DNA from: an uncultured bacterium
GTDB taxonomy: Bacteria; Omnitrophota; Gorgyraeia; Duberdicusellales; CBEUCJ01
Direction of reading: 5' to 3'
NCBI GenBank assembly: GCA_965541615.1
Contig: CBEUCJ010000002.1
Coordinates: forward strand, 31,795-95,794
DNA: 64,000 bases
In this document: piece by piece, positions 51,182 through 61,522 of the stretch
How the letters are laid out: every line of letters starts with the position of its first letter
Numbering within the stretch: position 1 is the first letter of the stretch
Position numbers and translations under genes: made by a program
The notes under the pieces: generated by a model
What the model saw: the letters and a program-made list of their open reading frames with translations, nothing else
Database searches by the model: none
What the model was told of the DNA's origin: nothing

Positions 51182-52128
51182 TGAACAGGATCCTAATTAC
51201 AGGTGGAGCAGGTTTTATTGGGAGTAATTTAGCTGAAAAGTTAATAAAAAAAGGTGAATATGTAATAGTCATAGACAATTTTTATACAGGAAAAAAAGAA
51301 AATATTTTTCATCTTCTAAAAGAACCTAATTTTAAATTTATAGAACACGATATAATTTTGCCTTTAAAATTAGAAGACGAAAAAATAAATCAAATTTATC
51401 ATTTAGCTTCTCCAGCTTCACCTGTTCATTATCAAAGAGACCCAATTAAGACCATAAAAATAAATATACAAGGCACTATCAATGTTTTAGAACTAGCAAA
51501 GAAAACACAGGCTACTGTATTATTTTCTTCTACTTCAGAGGTATATGGAAACCCCCTAGTACATCCTCAACCAGAAAGTTATTTAGGAAATGTAAATTTT
51601 ATAGGACCGAGAGCTTGTTACGATGAAGCAAAAAGATTAGCTGAAACTTTAATGATGGAATATTACAGAAGACATAAAGTGAAGATAAAGATAGTAAGAA
51701 TATTTAACACCTATGGTCCTAGAATGGCTCCTGATGATGGAAGAGTAGTAAGTAATTTCATAATTCAAGCTTTAAAAGGAGAGTCTTTAACTGTTTATGG
51801 AGATGGGAGTCAAACTAGATCCTTTTGTTATATAGATGATATGATAGATGGTTTGATAAAGATGATGCAAGCAAAAGATTTTTTGGGCCCTGTAAATTTA
51901 GGAAGTCCTAAAGAGTTGAGTATTTTAGATTTAGCAAAATTAATTTTAAAACTCACAAAAAGCAATTCTAAATTAGTATTTAAACCTTTACCACAAGATG
52001 ATCCTGTAAGAAGATGTCCAGATATTAGTTTAGCCAAGAAAGAGTTAAATTGGCTTCCAAAAATAGATTTAGAAGAGGGCTTAAAAAGAACCATAGAATA
52101 TTTTAAAGAGAAGTTAAAGAAAGATTAA
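51181..52128 (+). CDS. uxs: UDP-glucuronate decarboxylase (UDP-xylose synthase)
   Basis: [66 protein letters not shown]. Confidence 0.93.
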   Translation: MNRILITGGAGFIGSNLAEKLIKKGEYVIVIDNFYTGKKENIFHLLKEPNFKFIEHDIILPLKLEDEKINQIYHLASPASPVHYQRDPIKTIKINIQGTINVLELAKKTQATVLFSSTSEVYGNPLVHPQPESYLGNVNFIGPRACYDEAKRLAETLMMEYYRRHKVKIKIVRIFNTYGPRMAPDDGRVVSNFIIQALKGESLTVYGDGSQTRSFCYIDDMIDGLIKMMQAKDFLGPVNLGSPKELSILDLAKLILKLTKSNSKLVFKPLPQDDPVRRCPDISLAKKELNWLPKIDLEEGLKRTIEYFKEKLKKD

Positions 52129-52130
52129 AA

Positions 52131-53474
52131 ATGAAGATAGCTATCATAGGTACAGGATATGTAGGATTAGTCACTGGAGTATGTTTAGCTGAGATAGGAC
52201 ATAAAGTTATCTGTTATGATAAAGATGAGAAAAAAATAGATCTTTTATTAGAAAATAAAATGCCGATTTATGAACCTTTTGTAGATAAATTAGTTATAAA
52301 GAATAAAGAAAAAAACAGACTGTATTTTACAAAAGACTTAACAGAAGCAATTAAATTTGCAAAGGTTATTTTTATATGCGTAGGGACCCCTCCCTTAAAA
52401 AATGGAGAAGCAGATCTATCAGCTATAGAAGATGTGACTCAAAAGATCGCTCAGAATTTAGATTCTTACAAGTTAATAGTTGAAAAGAGTACTGTTCCTG
52501 TGCAGACTAATCTTTGGGTAGAAAAGACATTGAGACTTTATGGAAAGAAAAAAGCAGAATTCGATATTGCTTCAAATCCTGAATTTTTAAGTGAAGGAAG
52601 AGCTGTTTATGATTTTTTGCATCCTTGGAGAATAGTAGTTGGAGTTAAAACTAAAAAAGCAGAAAAAATTTTAAGAGAAATTTATAAACCCATTGTGGAG
52701 AGAAAATTTAATTGTCCCATTCATAAAAAAGGATGTCCTTTAAAAAACAAAGTTCCCTTTATAGTTACTGATATTAATTCAGCTGAATTAATAAAACACG
52801 CTTCTAACTCTTTTTTAGCTATGAAGATATCTTACATAAATGCTTTAGCTGATATCTGCGAAAAGACAGGAGCTAATATTAAAGATGTAGCTTTAGGTAT
52901 GGGATTAGATCCTAGAATAGGAAAAGAGTTTTTAAGAGCAGGTATTGGATTTGGAGGGTTTTGTTTTCCAAAGGATCTACAGGCTTTTATTAAAATGGCT
53001 CAAAAATACAATTACGATTTCAAATTGCTTAAAGAAGTAGAAAAGATAAATCAGGATAGAATCAAAAGAGTTATGGAGAAGTTAAAATCTCATATTTGGA
53101 TATTAGAAGGAAAACTGATAGGAGTTTTAGGTTTAGCTTTTAAGCCTGATACAGATGATATAAGATTTTCTCCTGCTTTGAAAATTATAAAGAACTTAAT
53201 TAAAGAAAAGGTAAGAGTTAAAACTTATGATCCAAAAGCTATGGAAAAAGCAAAGAGAGAATTACCTCAAATAGAATTCTGTTCAGATCCTTATCAAGTA
53301 GCAAAAGACAGTGAATGTTTAATAATTTGTACTGATTGGAAAGAATTCAAAGATTTAGATTGGAAAAAAATGAAAAAGTTGATGAAGAGGCCTTTTATTT
53401 TAGATGGAAGAAATATGTTAGATAAAGAGTATCTTAAAGATTTAGGATTCGAATATGTAGGATTTGGCATCTAA
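52131..53474 (+). CDS. ugd: UDP-glucose 6-dehydrogenase
   Basis: GTGYVGL, KSTVP, SNPEFL.EG, K..SN.FLA.KIS..N, GFGG.CFPKD, FKP.TDD.R. Confidence 0.94.
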   Translation: MKIAIIGTGYVGLVTGVCLAEIGHKVICYDKDEKKIDLLLENKMPIYEPFVDKLVIKNKEKNRLYFTKDLTEAIKFAKVIFICVGTPPLKNGEADLSAIEDVTQKIAQNLDSYKLIVEKSTVPVQTNLWVEKTLRLYGKKKAEFDIASNPEFLSEGRAVYDFLHPWRIVVGVKTKKAEKILREIYKPIVERKFNCPIHKKGCPLKNKVPFIVTDINSAELIKHASNSFLAMKISYINALADICEKTGANIKDVALGMGLDPRIGKEFLRAGIGFGGFCFPKDLQAFIKMAQKYNYDFKLLKEVEKINQDRIKRVMEKLKSHIWILEGKLIGVLGLAFKPDTDDIRFSPALKIIKNLIKEKVRVKTYDPKAMEKAKRELPQIEFCSDPYQVAKDSECLIICTDWKEFKDLDWKKMKKLMKRPFILDGRNMLDKEYLKDLGFEYVGFGI

Positions 53475-53484
53475 ATACTCATGT

Positions 53485-54132
53485 ATGATTGAAGAAAATG
53501 TAGCAAGGCTACTTAGAGAGTTACCGCAAAATGTCCTTCTGTGTGCAGCTACTAAAGGTAGGACTCCCCAAGAGATTCTGAGAGCTATCGATTCAGGCGT
53601 AAAAATAATAGGAGAAAACTATATTCAAGAAGCTGAAAAGAAATACAAAATTATTGGTAAAAAAGCCAGTTGGCATTTAATAGGTCATCTTCAAAAAAAC
53701 AAAGTTAAAAAAGCAGTCAGACTTTTTGATATGATCCAGACTTTAGATTCTGTAGAGTTAGCTTGTTTAATAGATAAAGAATGTCAGAAAATAAGAAAGA
53801 CTATGCCTGTTCTTATAGAGATAAATATTGCCAAGGAACCTCAGAAAGCAGGTATTTTTCCAGAAGATTTAGATTCTTTTGTTAAAGAAATAATAGATTT
53901 GAAAAATATTAAAATAATGGGGTTAATGACCATGGGACCTCTTTTAGAAAATCCACAAGATATAAGACCTTATTTTAAAAAGACAAGAAAGTTATTTGAA
54001 GAAATAAAGAGTAAATATAAAAAATTAGATTGGAAATACCTTTCTATGGGTATGAGTCAGACTTATAAAATAGCTATTCAAGAAGGAGCAAATATTGTGA
54101 GGATAGGGACAGCTATCTTTGGAGAAAGATGA
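53485..54132 (+). CDS. yggS: YggS family PLP-homeostasis protein
   Basis: AATK, GENYIQE, WHLIGHLQKNKVK, GLMTM, LSMGMS, VRIGTAIFGER; start set at ATG 53485. Confidence 0.95.
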   Translation: MIEENVARLLRELPQNVLLCAATKGRTPQEILRAIDSGVKIIGENYIQEAEKKYKIIGKKASWHLIGHLQKNKVKKAVRLFDMIQTLDSVELACLIDKECQKIRKTMPVLIEINIAKEPQKAGIFPEDLDSFVKEIIDLKNIKIMGLMTMGPLLENPQDIRPYFKKTRKLFEEIKSKYKKLDWKYLSMGMSQTYKIAIQEGANIVRIGTAIFGER

Positions 54133-55088
54133 ATTTAAATCAGAGCAAGATCCTCTTTATTCGTTCAGATAGATTAGGAGAATTTTTATTAAGTTTATAC
54201 GCTATTAAATTAGTCAAAGAGAATTATCCTCAAAGCAAGATTCTGGTATTAGCAAAAAAAGATAATATAGAGGTAACCAGAGGAATAGACTTTATAGATG
54301 AATTTATAGAGTACAAAAAAGATTTTGAAAGTTTAAAAGGAGTAATAAGTTTAGTTAAAATACTCAAAAGTAAGAGACTCAAATGCGTGGTAGCTTTGAA
54401 TCCTAAGAAAGAGTTTCATTTAGCATCTTTTTTGGCAAGAGTCCCTGTAAGAGTAGGTTATGATAGAAAATGGGGTTTTTGTTTAAATAAGAAGATCGAA
54501 GATAAAAAATATTTAAATAACATGCATGAAGTCGAATACAACATAGAATTGGTCTCTTTAATATGTAATAAAAGATGCATTCCGCAATTAGAATTTCCTT
54601 GTGATGGTCTTAACACACTAAGTTTTCTGTGTAAAAAAGGATTAGATTTAAGGAAAAAATACATAATTGTACACCCTTTCAGTTCTAATCCTCATAAAAT
54701 CTATCCTCCTTTTCAGACCAGCATCCTTATTAGAAAGATAAAAGAGATTTATAAAAAAGAAGTTATATTGATTGGATCTCAAGAATTTTTTTCGTATTCT
54801 TGTGAAATAGAAAAAAATTTTTCTAATTTCATAAATTTGTGTGGATTGACTTCTTTAAGAAACTTATGTACACTCTTTAAATACAACTGTGAAGTATTGA
54901 TTTCAGTAGATTCAGGACCTATGCATTTAGCTTCATTTTTTAAAAACAAGATAATAGGATTATTTAGTATAAGCTCTCCTAAAAGATGGGCACCTTTTGG
55001 CACTCAAAGTTTAGTTATCAAAAGGGATAAAATAACAGATATAAAACCACAAGACATTTTAACAGCTTTATTAGATTTTTTAAATTAA
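54129..55088 (+). CDS. Glycosyltransferase family 9 (heptosyltransferase-like)
   Basis: IR.DRLGE, RVGY, HEVEYN, VHP, DSGPMHLA, RWAP.G. Confidence 0.88.
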   Translation: MNLNQSKILFIRSDRLGEFLLSLYAIKLVKENYPQSKILVLAKKDNIEVTRGIDFIDEFIEYKKDFESLKGVISLVKILKSKRLKCVVALNPKKEFHLASFLARVPVRVGYDRKWGFCLNKKIEDKKYLNNMHEVEYNIELVSLICNKRCIPQLEFPCDGLNTLSFLCKKGLDLRKKYIIVHPFSSNPHKIYPPFQTSILIRKIKEIYKKEVILIGSQEFFSYSCEIEKNFSNFINLCGLTSLRNLCTLFKYNCEVLISVDSGPMHLASFFKNKIIGLFSISSPKRWAPFGTQSLVIKRDKITDIKPQDILTALLDFLN

Positions 55089-55093
55089 ATTTT

Positions 55094-55702
55094 ATGCAGG
55101 ATCTAAACTTTTCAAGATTAAATAGAAATTTCTTTCAAACAGATCCTGTAAGTTTAGCAAAAAAGTTATTAGGAAAAATTTTGGTAAGGGTAATCTGTAA
55201 TGAGATAATTTCAGGAAAAATAGTTGAAGTTGAAAGTTATTTGGGTGTAAATGATCCTGCTTGCCATGCTTATAAAGGAAAGGTTACAAATAGAAATAAA
55301 GTTTTATATGAAGAAGCAGGAAAAGCTTACATATACTCTGTATACAAAAATTATCTTTGTTTTAATATTGTAGCTAATAAGAAAGGTATACCAGGTGCAG
55401 TTTTTATAAGAGCTGTAGAGCCTTTAGAAGGAATAGATTTAATGAAAAAATTTAGAAACGTTAATGATATAAAAAATCTTTGTAATGGACCTGCAAAGTT
55501 ATGCCAGGCATTTAACATTACAAAAGAATTTTATGGAGAAGATTTAACTCAAAGTAAAAGATTATTCTTAATAAAAGGAGAAGATATCTTACCAAACATG
55601 ATAGTTAAAAGAAAAAGAATAAATATTGATTATGCAGGCAGAGCTAAAGACTGGTTGTTAAGATTTTATATTAAAGGTAATAGGTTTATAAGCAAAAGGT
55701 GA
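55094..55702 (+). CDS. DNA-3-methyladenine glycosylase (MPG/AAG family)
   Basis: FF......A..LLGK.L, IVEVESY.G..DPACHA, AVFIRAVEP..G, NGPAKLCQA. Confidence 0.93.
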   Translation: MQDLNFSRLNRNFFQTDPVSLAKKLLGKILVRVICNEIISGKIVEVESYLGVNDPACHAYKGKVTNRNKVLYEEAGKAYIYSVYKNYLCFNIVANKKGIPGAVFIRAVEPLEGIDLMKKFRNVNDIKNLCNGPAKLCQAFNITKEFYGEDLTQSKRLFLIKGEDILPNMIVKRKRINIDYAGRAKDWLLRFYIKGNRFISKR

Positions 55703-55711
55703 GGTGAAGAA

Positions 55712-57220
55712 ATGAAAGTTTGGATATTCTTATTATTCTTTATAATTTCATTTAATTGTTTCCCTTTTACTCTTGTAAGAAATTTAAAAGAGTCAGATTT
55801 TTATCTTATCTCTCAGGATAAAAAAGGATCATTTTATTTAGTGAGTAAAAGTTGTGTATATAAAGGAAAGCTCAGATCTTCTTTATGGAAAAAAGTATTT
55901 TGTAGTCCACCACAAGATTTTATAACAGATATTTTTTTAGATAGAGTTTGTGTCTATATAGCGACTAAAAGCAAAGTTTACTTCTCAAAAGATGGTGAAA
56001 ATTTTAATATAATTTTCAAGGTATTCCCAAAAATAAAGATTAACTGTGTATTTAAGAAAGAGGATAAGATTTATATAGGAACTACAGAAGGACTCTATTT
56101 TAAAGATGGAAATAAATCTGGTTGGAAAAAATTAAATTTTCTTCAAGATGTAAACATTTTTCAAATAATTTCAAACAAACAAAATCTAATCTTAGCTACA
56201 GATCATGGAGTATTCATTTCTAAAGATAGTAAGATTTTTGAGAAAAGATTCGTAGTTCAAAGTATAGAATCATCTGAAAGTAACCTGATAGAAGAAAAAG
56301 AAAAAAATTTATGCATTCCTATCTTTATAAAAGTAGATGAGTATGACACAAATAAAATTTATTTAGCAACGAGTTGTGGATTGTTCGTTTCTAAAAATAG
56401 AGGTTTTAATTTTAAGAAGATCTATTTAAAAAATTTGTTTTCTGTTCCAATAAACTGTATAGCTCAAACTGCAAAGGATGAGATAATTTTAGCTACAGAT
56501 AGAGGATTGTATAAAGTAGATTTAAATGAAAACTATGCTAAGAGATTATATCAAGGAATAACTACAAATATAATAAGATGGGTATTTGTAGATAGAAATG
56601 GTAAAATTTTGATAGCTACTCCTAAAGGAATTTTTGTAAGTAGCACTACTAATTTCAAAAATAACATTCTTTCTAGCACATTTAATTCTTATCTTTTTGC
56701 ACCTGAACCAGATATTTTAACTCTTCAAAAAGTAGCTTTAGAATGGAATGAGGTCCATCCTGATAAAATTAAAAAATGGAGAAAGGCTTTATTAAAAAGA
56801 GCTTTGTATCCTACTGTAAACTTAAAGGTAGGAGGTAGTTGTAGCGACACATATGAAATTTATACTAGTAGCACTAAATCCTATTATGTGTTAGGTCCTC
56901 TTCAAAGAGATATAGATTGGTCTGTTAGTATCTCTTGGGATTTAGGAGACTTAATCTGGAGTCCTTATGAAAAAGATATAGATTCCAGATCAAGACTAAA
57001 TACTCAGTTAAGATTAGATATTTTGAATGAACTCAATAGGCTTTATTTTGAAAGAAAGGCATTGAAAGAAGAGTTATTAGAAAAGAGCTCTTCTTTAAGT
57101 AAAGAAGAACTTCAAAGGAAAATTTTGCTTTTGGAAGAGTTAACAGCTAATTTGGATGCTTTGACAGGAGGATATTTTTCAAAAAAATTAAAAGAGAGTT
57201 TTGAAAGATGCAAAAAATAG
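55712..57220 (+). CDS. Secreted hypothetical protein: beta-propeller-like N-terminus plus helical/beta-hairpin C-terminal domain
   Basis: Signal peptide; repeated IYIGT.EGLY / LATD.GVF.S / LAT..GLF.S / IAT.KGIF blades; C-terminal EPD...LQ..A...LYP...WDL....RLYFER...LDALTGG. Confidence 0.8.
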   Translation: MKVWIFLLFFIISFNCFPFTLVRNLKESDFYLISQDKKGSFYLVSKSCVYKGKLRSSLWKKVFCSPPQDFITDIFLDRVCVYIATKSKVYFSKDGENFNIIFKVFPKIKINCVFKKEDKIYIGTTEGLYFKDGNKSGWKKLNFLQDVNIFQIISNKQNLILATDHGVFISKDSKIFEKRFVVQSIESSESNLIEEKEKNLCIPIFIKVDEYDTNKIYLATSCGLFVSKNRGFNFKKIYLKNLFSVPINCIAQTAKDEIILATDRGLYKVDLNENYAKRLYQGITTNIIRWVFVDRNGKILIATPKGIFVSSTTNFKNNILSSTFNSYLFAPEPDILTLQKVALEWNEVHPDKIKKWRKALLKRALYPTVNLKVGGSCSDTYEIYTSSTKSYYVLGPLQRDIDWSVSISWDLGDLIWSPYEKDIDSRSRLNTQLRLDILNELNRLYFERKALKEELLEKSSSLSKEELQRKILLLEELTANLDALTGGYFSKKLKESFERCKK

Positions 57221-58224
57221 CTTTGATATTAGCAGGTGGGAGAGGCAAAAGGTTATTTCCTTTAACTTTAGAAAAACCAAAATTTTTATTGAAGATAAAT
57301 AAAATTACACTTTTAGAATCAACTATAGAGAGGATACCTCTAAAAAAAGAAAACATTTTCATAGTAGGAGAAGAAAAGTTCAAAAAATATCTAAATGAGA
57401 TATTAAAAAAAACAAAGATTCCTCTTTCAAACTTGATCTTAGAACCTCTATCAAAGAATACACTCCCTGCAATTCTTTTAAGTTTACTTGAACTTAAAAA
57501 AAAATTTTCACAAGATACTGTAATTTCGATTTTACCTTCTGATCATTTTGTTAAGGGAAAAAAGATCTTTGAAAAACAGTTACTCTCTGCTTACAGATTT
57601 TCAGAAAAATTTGACAGTATAATTTTGTTTGGATTAAGACCTAAAAAATTTGATAAAAATTTTGGGTACATACAAGTAAAAGATAATTTGAAGACTTCTT
57701 TAAAAATAGTCAAAAGGTTCATAGAGAAACCAAAAAGAAAATTAAATTTGAGCTCTCTCTTTTTAAATCTGGGAATATTTACTGGTAAGATAAAAGTTTT
57801 TTTATCAGAGATTAAATCTCATCAAAAAGATTTTTTTGAAAAATTCTTAGAATATTACAAAAATGGACAATTAAAAAAAATTTATAAAAAGATACCTTCA
57901 CTTCAAATAGATAAGAGTGTCTTAGAAAAAAGTAAAAATCTATTGCTCATTCCTGCCAAATTTAGTTGGAATGATATTGGAAACTTTCTTTATTTAGATA
58001 GATTTTTTAAAAAAGATTTTAAACAGAATTATTTTGAAGGAAGAGTATTTCCTTTTAAAACTACCCATACTACATTAATTTCAGATTCTAAAGAAGAATT
58101 TTTTCTTTTAGGATTAAAGGATATTTTCATAGTAAAATATAAAGATAAGATTTTAATTAGTAAAAAAGATAAACTTCCTGAACTTAGAGAGCTTTTAAAG
58201 ACTTATTATGAAAAAGGAAATTAA
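57208..58224 (+). CDS. Mannose-1-phosphate guanylyltransferase (no PMI domain)
   Basis: ILAGG.G.RL.PL...PK, ILEP..KNT.PAI, LPSDH, FGYI, F.EKP, ID..VLEK, W.DIG. Confidence 0.87.
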   Translation: MQKIALILAGGRGKRLFPLTLEKPKFLLKINKITLLESTIERIPLKKENIFIVGEEKFKKYLNEILKKTKIPLSNLILEPLSKNTLPAILLSLLELKKKFSQDTVISILPSDHFVKGKKIFEKQLLSAYRFSEKFDSIILFGLRPKKFDKNFGYIQVKDNLKTSLKIVKRFIEKPKRKLNLSSLFLNLGIFTGKIKVFLSEIKSHQKDFFEKFLEYYKNGQLKKIYKKIPSLQIDKSVLEKSKNLLLIPAKFSWNDIGNFLYLDRFFKKDFKQNYFEGRVFPFKTTHTTLISDSKEEFFLLGLKDIFIVKYKDKILISKKDKLPELRELLKTYYEKGN

Positions 58225-59335
58225 CTTAAAAGATATAAAGAGAATTTTAATCGTTAATCCTTTTGGAATAGGAGATGTTTTGTTCACAACTCCTTTAATA
58301 AGAAATTTAAGACATTATTTTCCTAAGAGTTACATCGCTTATCTATGTAATAAAAGGACTCAATATATCTTAGAAAATAATCCTTATATAGATGAAGTCT
58401 TTGTCTTTGAAAAGGATGAGTTTAGACAACTATGGAGGAATTCAAAGATAAAGTTTTTTAAAGAAATCTCTAAATTTTTAAAAAAATTGAAAAAAAGAAA
58501 TTTTGATTTGTGTATAGATTTATCTTTAAATGCACAATACGGATTTTTTCTAAAATTTTTAAAGATTCCGTATAGAGTAGGTTTTAATTTTAAAAACAGA
58601 GGAAGGTTTTTAACACATCCTATCCCTATTCTTGGATATGAAGATAAACACGTAGTTGAATTTTATCTTGATGTAATGAGGTACTTAAACCTTGAGCCTC
58701 AAGATTTTTATTTAGAGTTATTTCTAAAAGAAGAAGATAAAAAATGGGCTGAAGATTTTTTAAAAGACAAAGCAGTTAAAGCTCCTTTAATAGGTATTTG
58801 TCCTGCTGGAGGAGAAAGTTGGGGGAAAAATAGATTTATGAAGTATTGGGCTCCAGAAAAATTTTCAGAGTTAATAGAGAGGATTAATAAAGAATTAAGA
58901 GATGCTACAGTGATTTTGTTTTCTTCTAAGTCTGAAAGAAGACAAGTCTTACAAATTTTAAACTTAATAGATAAAAAGAAAGTAATAGATTTATCTGGAA
59001 GAACTTCTATTGGAGAATTTTTTTCTTTGATAAGCAAGTTAGATCTCTTAATTACTAACGATGGAGGTCCTCTCCATGTAGCAGTCGCTTTAGGGGTTCG
59101 GACTATCTCTATTTTTGGTCCTGTCGATGAAAAAACATATGGTCCTTTTCCGCCAGATGATACTAAGCACATAGTAATAAAAAAAGATTTATCTTGCAGA
59201 CCTTGCTATAGAAAGTTTAAAATTCCTATATGTAAATATGGCAGAAGATGCCTAAATGATATAAGACCAGAGGAAGTCTTTGAAGCTGTTAAGAAATTAA
59301 TGAGAAATGAAGATAAAGTTCTTAGATTTAAATAG
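58208..59335 (+). CDS. Glycosyltransferase family 9, LPS heptosyltransferase II-like
   Basis: GIGDVLFTTP, K.W..EKF, DLSGRTS, NDGGPLHVAVALG, FGP, C.PC.....C...C. Confidence 0.9.
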   Translation: MKKEINLKDIKRILIVNPFGIGDVLFTTPLIRNLRHYFPKSYIAYLCNKRTQYILENNPYIDEVFVFEKDEFRQLWRNSKIKFFKEISKFLKKLKKRNFDLCIDLSLNAQYGFFLKFLKIPYRVGFNFKNRGRFLTHPIPILGYEDKHVVEFYLDVMRYLNLEPQDFYLELFLKEEDKKWAEDFLKDKAVKAPLIGICPAGGESWGKNRFMKYWAPEKFSELIERINKELRDATVILFSSKSERRQVLQILNLIDKKKVIDLSGRTSIGEFFSLISKLDLLITNDGGPLHVAVALGVRTISIFGPVDEKTYGPFPPDDTKHIVIKKDLSCRPCYRKFKIPICKYGRRCLNDIRPEEVFEAVKKLMRNEDKVLRFK

Positions 59336-60407
59336 GATACATTCAAATTTAAGCAAAAAATTTTTAATTATTTTTAAAAGACATTTAAAAAATTCAGATT
59401 TTATATTAGGTAAGGAGCTCTTAAAATTTGAAAGAGAATTTGCCAAATATTGTGGAACTAAATACTGTGTAGGGGTAAGTTCGGGTACAGATGCTTTAAG
59501 ACTCTCTTTAATCAGTTTGGGAATTAAAAAAGGAGATAAGGTCATAGTCCCTGATTTTACATTCATTGCTACAGCTACAGCTGTGGTCCATGTAGGAGCA
59601 GAGCCTGTATTTTGTGATATTGAAGAAGATACCTTAGGAATAAATCCTTTTGATTTAGAGAAAAAAATAACTTCAAAGACAAAAGCTATTGTTTGTGTGC
59701 ACTTATTTGGAAATCCTTGTAATATTAAAGAGATTCTAAAGATAGCTAAAAAATACAATTTAAAAGTCATAGAAGATACTTCTCAAGCCCATGGAGCTCA
59801 GGTAGACAATAAAAAAGTAGGAAGTTTTGGGGATTTAGGTTGTTTTTCTTTTTTTCCTTCAAAAAATTTAGGAGCTTTAGGAGAAGCAGGTTGCATAATT
59901 ACAGATAAAAAGAAATTATATGAACATATTTTAAAATTGAGAAATTGTGGAAGAGATTTCAGAAATGATTTTACTGAGTTAGGTTTCAATAATAGATTAG
60001 ATACCCTACAAGCAGGTTTCTTAAGGATTAAGTTAAAATATTTAGATAAATGGAATCAAGAGAGAAAAAGAATAGTTAGCTGGTATAAAAAATTTCTTAA
60101 ACTTAAAGAAGTAAAATTTTTACCTGAAGAAAAATATGGAACTTGTGTGTACCATATACTTTCGATACTTTGTAAAAGGAGAAATGAATTAGCTGATTTC
60201 TTGAAAAAGAAAGGCATAGAGACCAAAATTTATTATGAGAAACCTTTACATTTACAGCCCTGTTTTAAGTTCTTAGGGTACAAGAAAGGAGATTTTCCTA
60301 TTTCAGAGAAAATTTCCAAGAATATTCTTTCTTTGCCTTTATATCCAGGTTTAAGATTTGAAGAAGTAAAATTTATATGTGAATCGATAAAGAGGTTTTA
60401 CCAATGA
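59307..60407 (+). CDS. DegT/DnrJ/EryC1/StrS aminotransferase
   Basis: SGTDAL, FTFIATA, VHLFG, IED.SQAHG, SFFPSKNLGALGEAG, G.N.RLD.LQA, LSLPLYP. Confidence 0.94.
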   Translation: MKIKFLDLNRIHSNLSKKFLIIFKRHLKNSDFILGKELLKFEREFAKYCGTKYCVGVSSGTDALRLSLISLGIKKGDKVIVPDFTFIATATAVVHVGAEPVFCDIEEDTLGINPFDLEKKITSKTKAIVCVHLFGNPCNIKEILKIAKKYNLKVIEDTSQAHGAQVDNKKVGSFGDLGCFSFFPSKNLGALGEAGCIITDKKKLYEHILKLRNCGRDFRNDFTELGFNNRLDTLQAGFLRIKLKYLDKWNQERKRIVSWYKKFLKLKEVKFLPEEKYGTCVYHILSILCKRRNELADFLKKKGIETKIYYEKPLHLQPCFKFLGYKKGDFPISEKISKNILSLPLYPGLRFEEVKFICESIKRFYQ

Positions 60408-61519
60408 TGAATGTATTAGTCACAGGAGGATGTGGGTTTATAGGTTCGCATTTAGTAGATAGATTAGTAGAATTAGGTTTTAATGTAAAGGTCTATGATA
60501 ATTTAGAACCCCAAGTTCACTTAGGTAAAAAACCAGTTTATTTAAATAAAGAAGCTGAATATATATTTGGAGATCTAAGAGATAAAGAGAAGTTAAAAAA
60601 AGTTTTAAAAAAAGTAGAGATAATCTTTCATTTAGCTTCTCAGGTAGGAGTTGGTCAATCTATGTATGAGATTTATAAATATGTAGACCATAATTGTTTA
60701 GGTACAGCAGTATTATTAGAGACAGTAGTTAATACTAAAAACAAAGTTAAAAAAATTATTGTAGCTTCTTCTATGTCTATCTATGGAGAAGGAGCTTATA
60801 AGTGTAAAAATTGTGGGGTAGTTTACCCTAAATTTAGATGTAAAGAGGATTTAAAAAATAAAATATGGGAATTAAAGTGTCCAAAATGTAAGAGAAAGAT
60901 TACTCCAATCCCTACTTCTGAAGAGAAACCTTTAAATCCTACTTCTATTTATGCTACTACTAAAAGAACCCAAGAAGAGATGTGTTTAGAGATAGGCTCA
61001 GCTTACAAGATACCTGTAGTAGCATTAAGATACTTTAATGTTTATGGGGAAAGACAGTCATTAAACAACCCTTATACAGGAGTATGTGCTATTTTTATTT
61101 CTAGAATTAAAAATAATAAGCCTCCTTTAATATTTGAAGATGGAAAACAAACCAGAGATTTTATACATGTTTCAGATGTTGTGCAAGCTAATATTTTAGC
61201 TATGGAAAACAAAAATGCAGATTTTAAAATTTTTAATGTAGGTAGAGGAAAAGCAGTTTCTATTTTAGAAGTAGCAAATGTTTTAATATCTATCTATAAA
61301 AAAGATATTAAGCCTAAGATTCTAAATAAATATAGAGCAGGAGATATAAGACATTGTTTTGCAGATGTAAAAAAGATTAAAGAAGAACTAGGATTTTCTC
61401 CCAAAGTAGATTTTGAAGAAGGAATGAGGAGATTGGTTTTATGGTCAGAAGACAAAGAGGCTAAAGATCTTTTAGATAAAGCAAAAAAAGAATTAATTAG
61501 AAAAAAGCTTATTATTTAA
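60404..61519 (+). CDS. NAD-dependent epimerase/dehydratase with CxxC...CxxC insertion
   Basis: TGGCGFIGSH, VGVGQSMY, ASSMSIYGEG.Y.CKNC...CPKC, YATTK, NPYTGV.AIF, RAGDIRHC. Confidence 0.92.
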   Translation: MMNVLVTGGCGFIGSHLVDRLVELGFNVKVYDNLEPQVHLGKKPVYLNKEAEYIFGDLRDKEKLKKVLKKVEIIFHLASQVGVGQSMYEIYKYVDHNCLGTAVLLETVVNTKNKVKKIIVASSMSIYGEGAYKCKNCGVVYPKFRCKEDLKNKIWELKCPKCKRKITPIPTSEEKPLNPTSIYATTKRTQEEMCLEIGSAYKIPVVALRYFNVYGERQSLNNPYTGVCAIFISRIKNNKPPLIFEDGKQTRDFIHVSDVVQANILAMENKNADFKIFNVGRGKAVSILEVANVLISIYKKDIKPKILNKYRAGDIRHCFADVKKIKEELGFSPKVDFEEGMRRLVLWSEDKEAKDLLDKAKKELIRKKLII

Positions 61520-61522
61520 AAT

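Noticed and set aside
13710-53484. Longest-ORF starts for lptD (13710), rnfC (25002), rnfD (26246), ftsH (33631), hydG (40179) and yggS (53464)
   Set aside because: Downstream ATGs fit better with signal peptides, family N-termini, RBS or promoter positions and stop/start coupling
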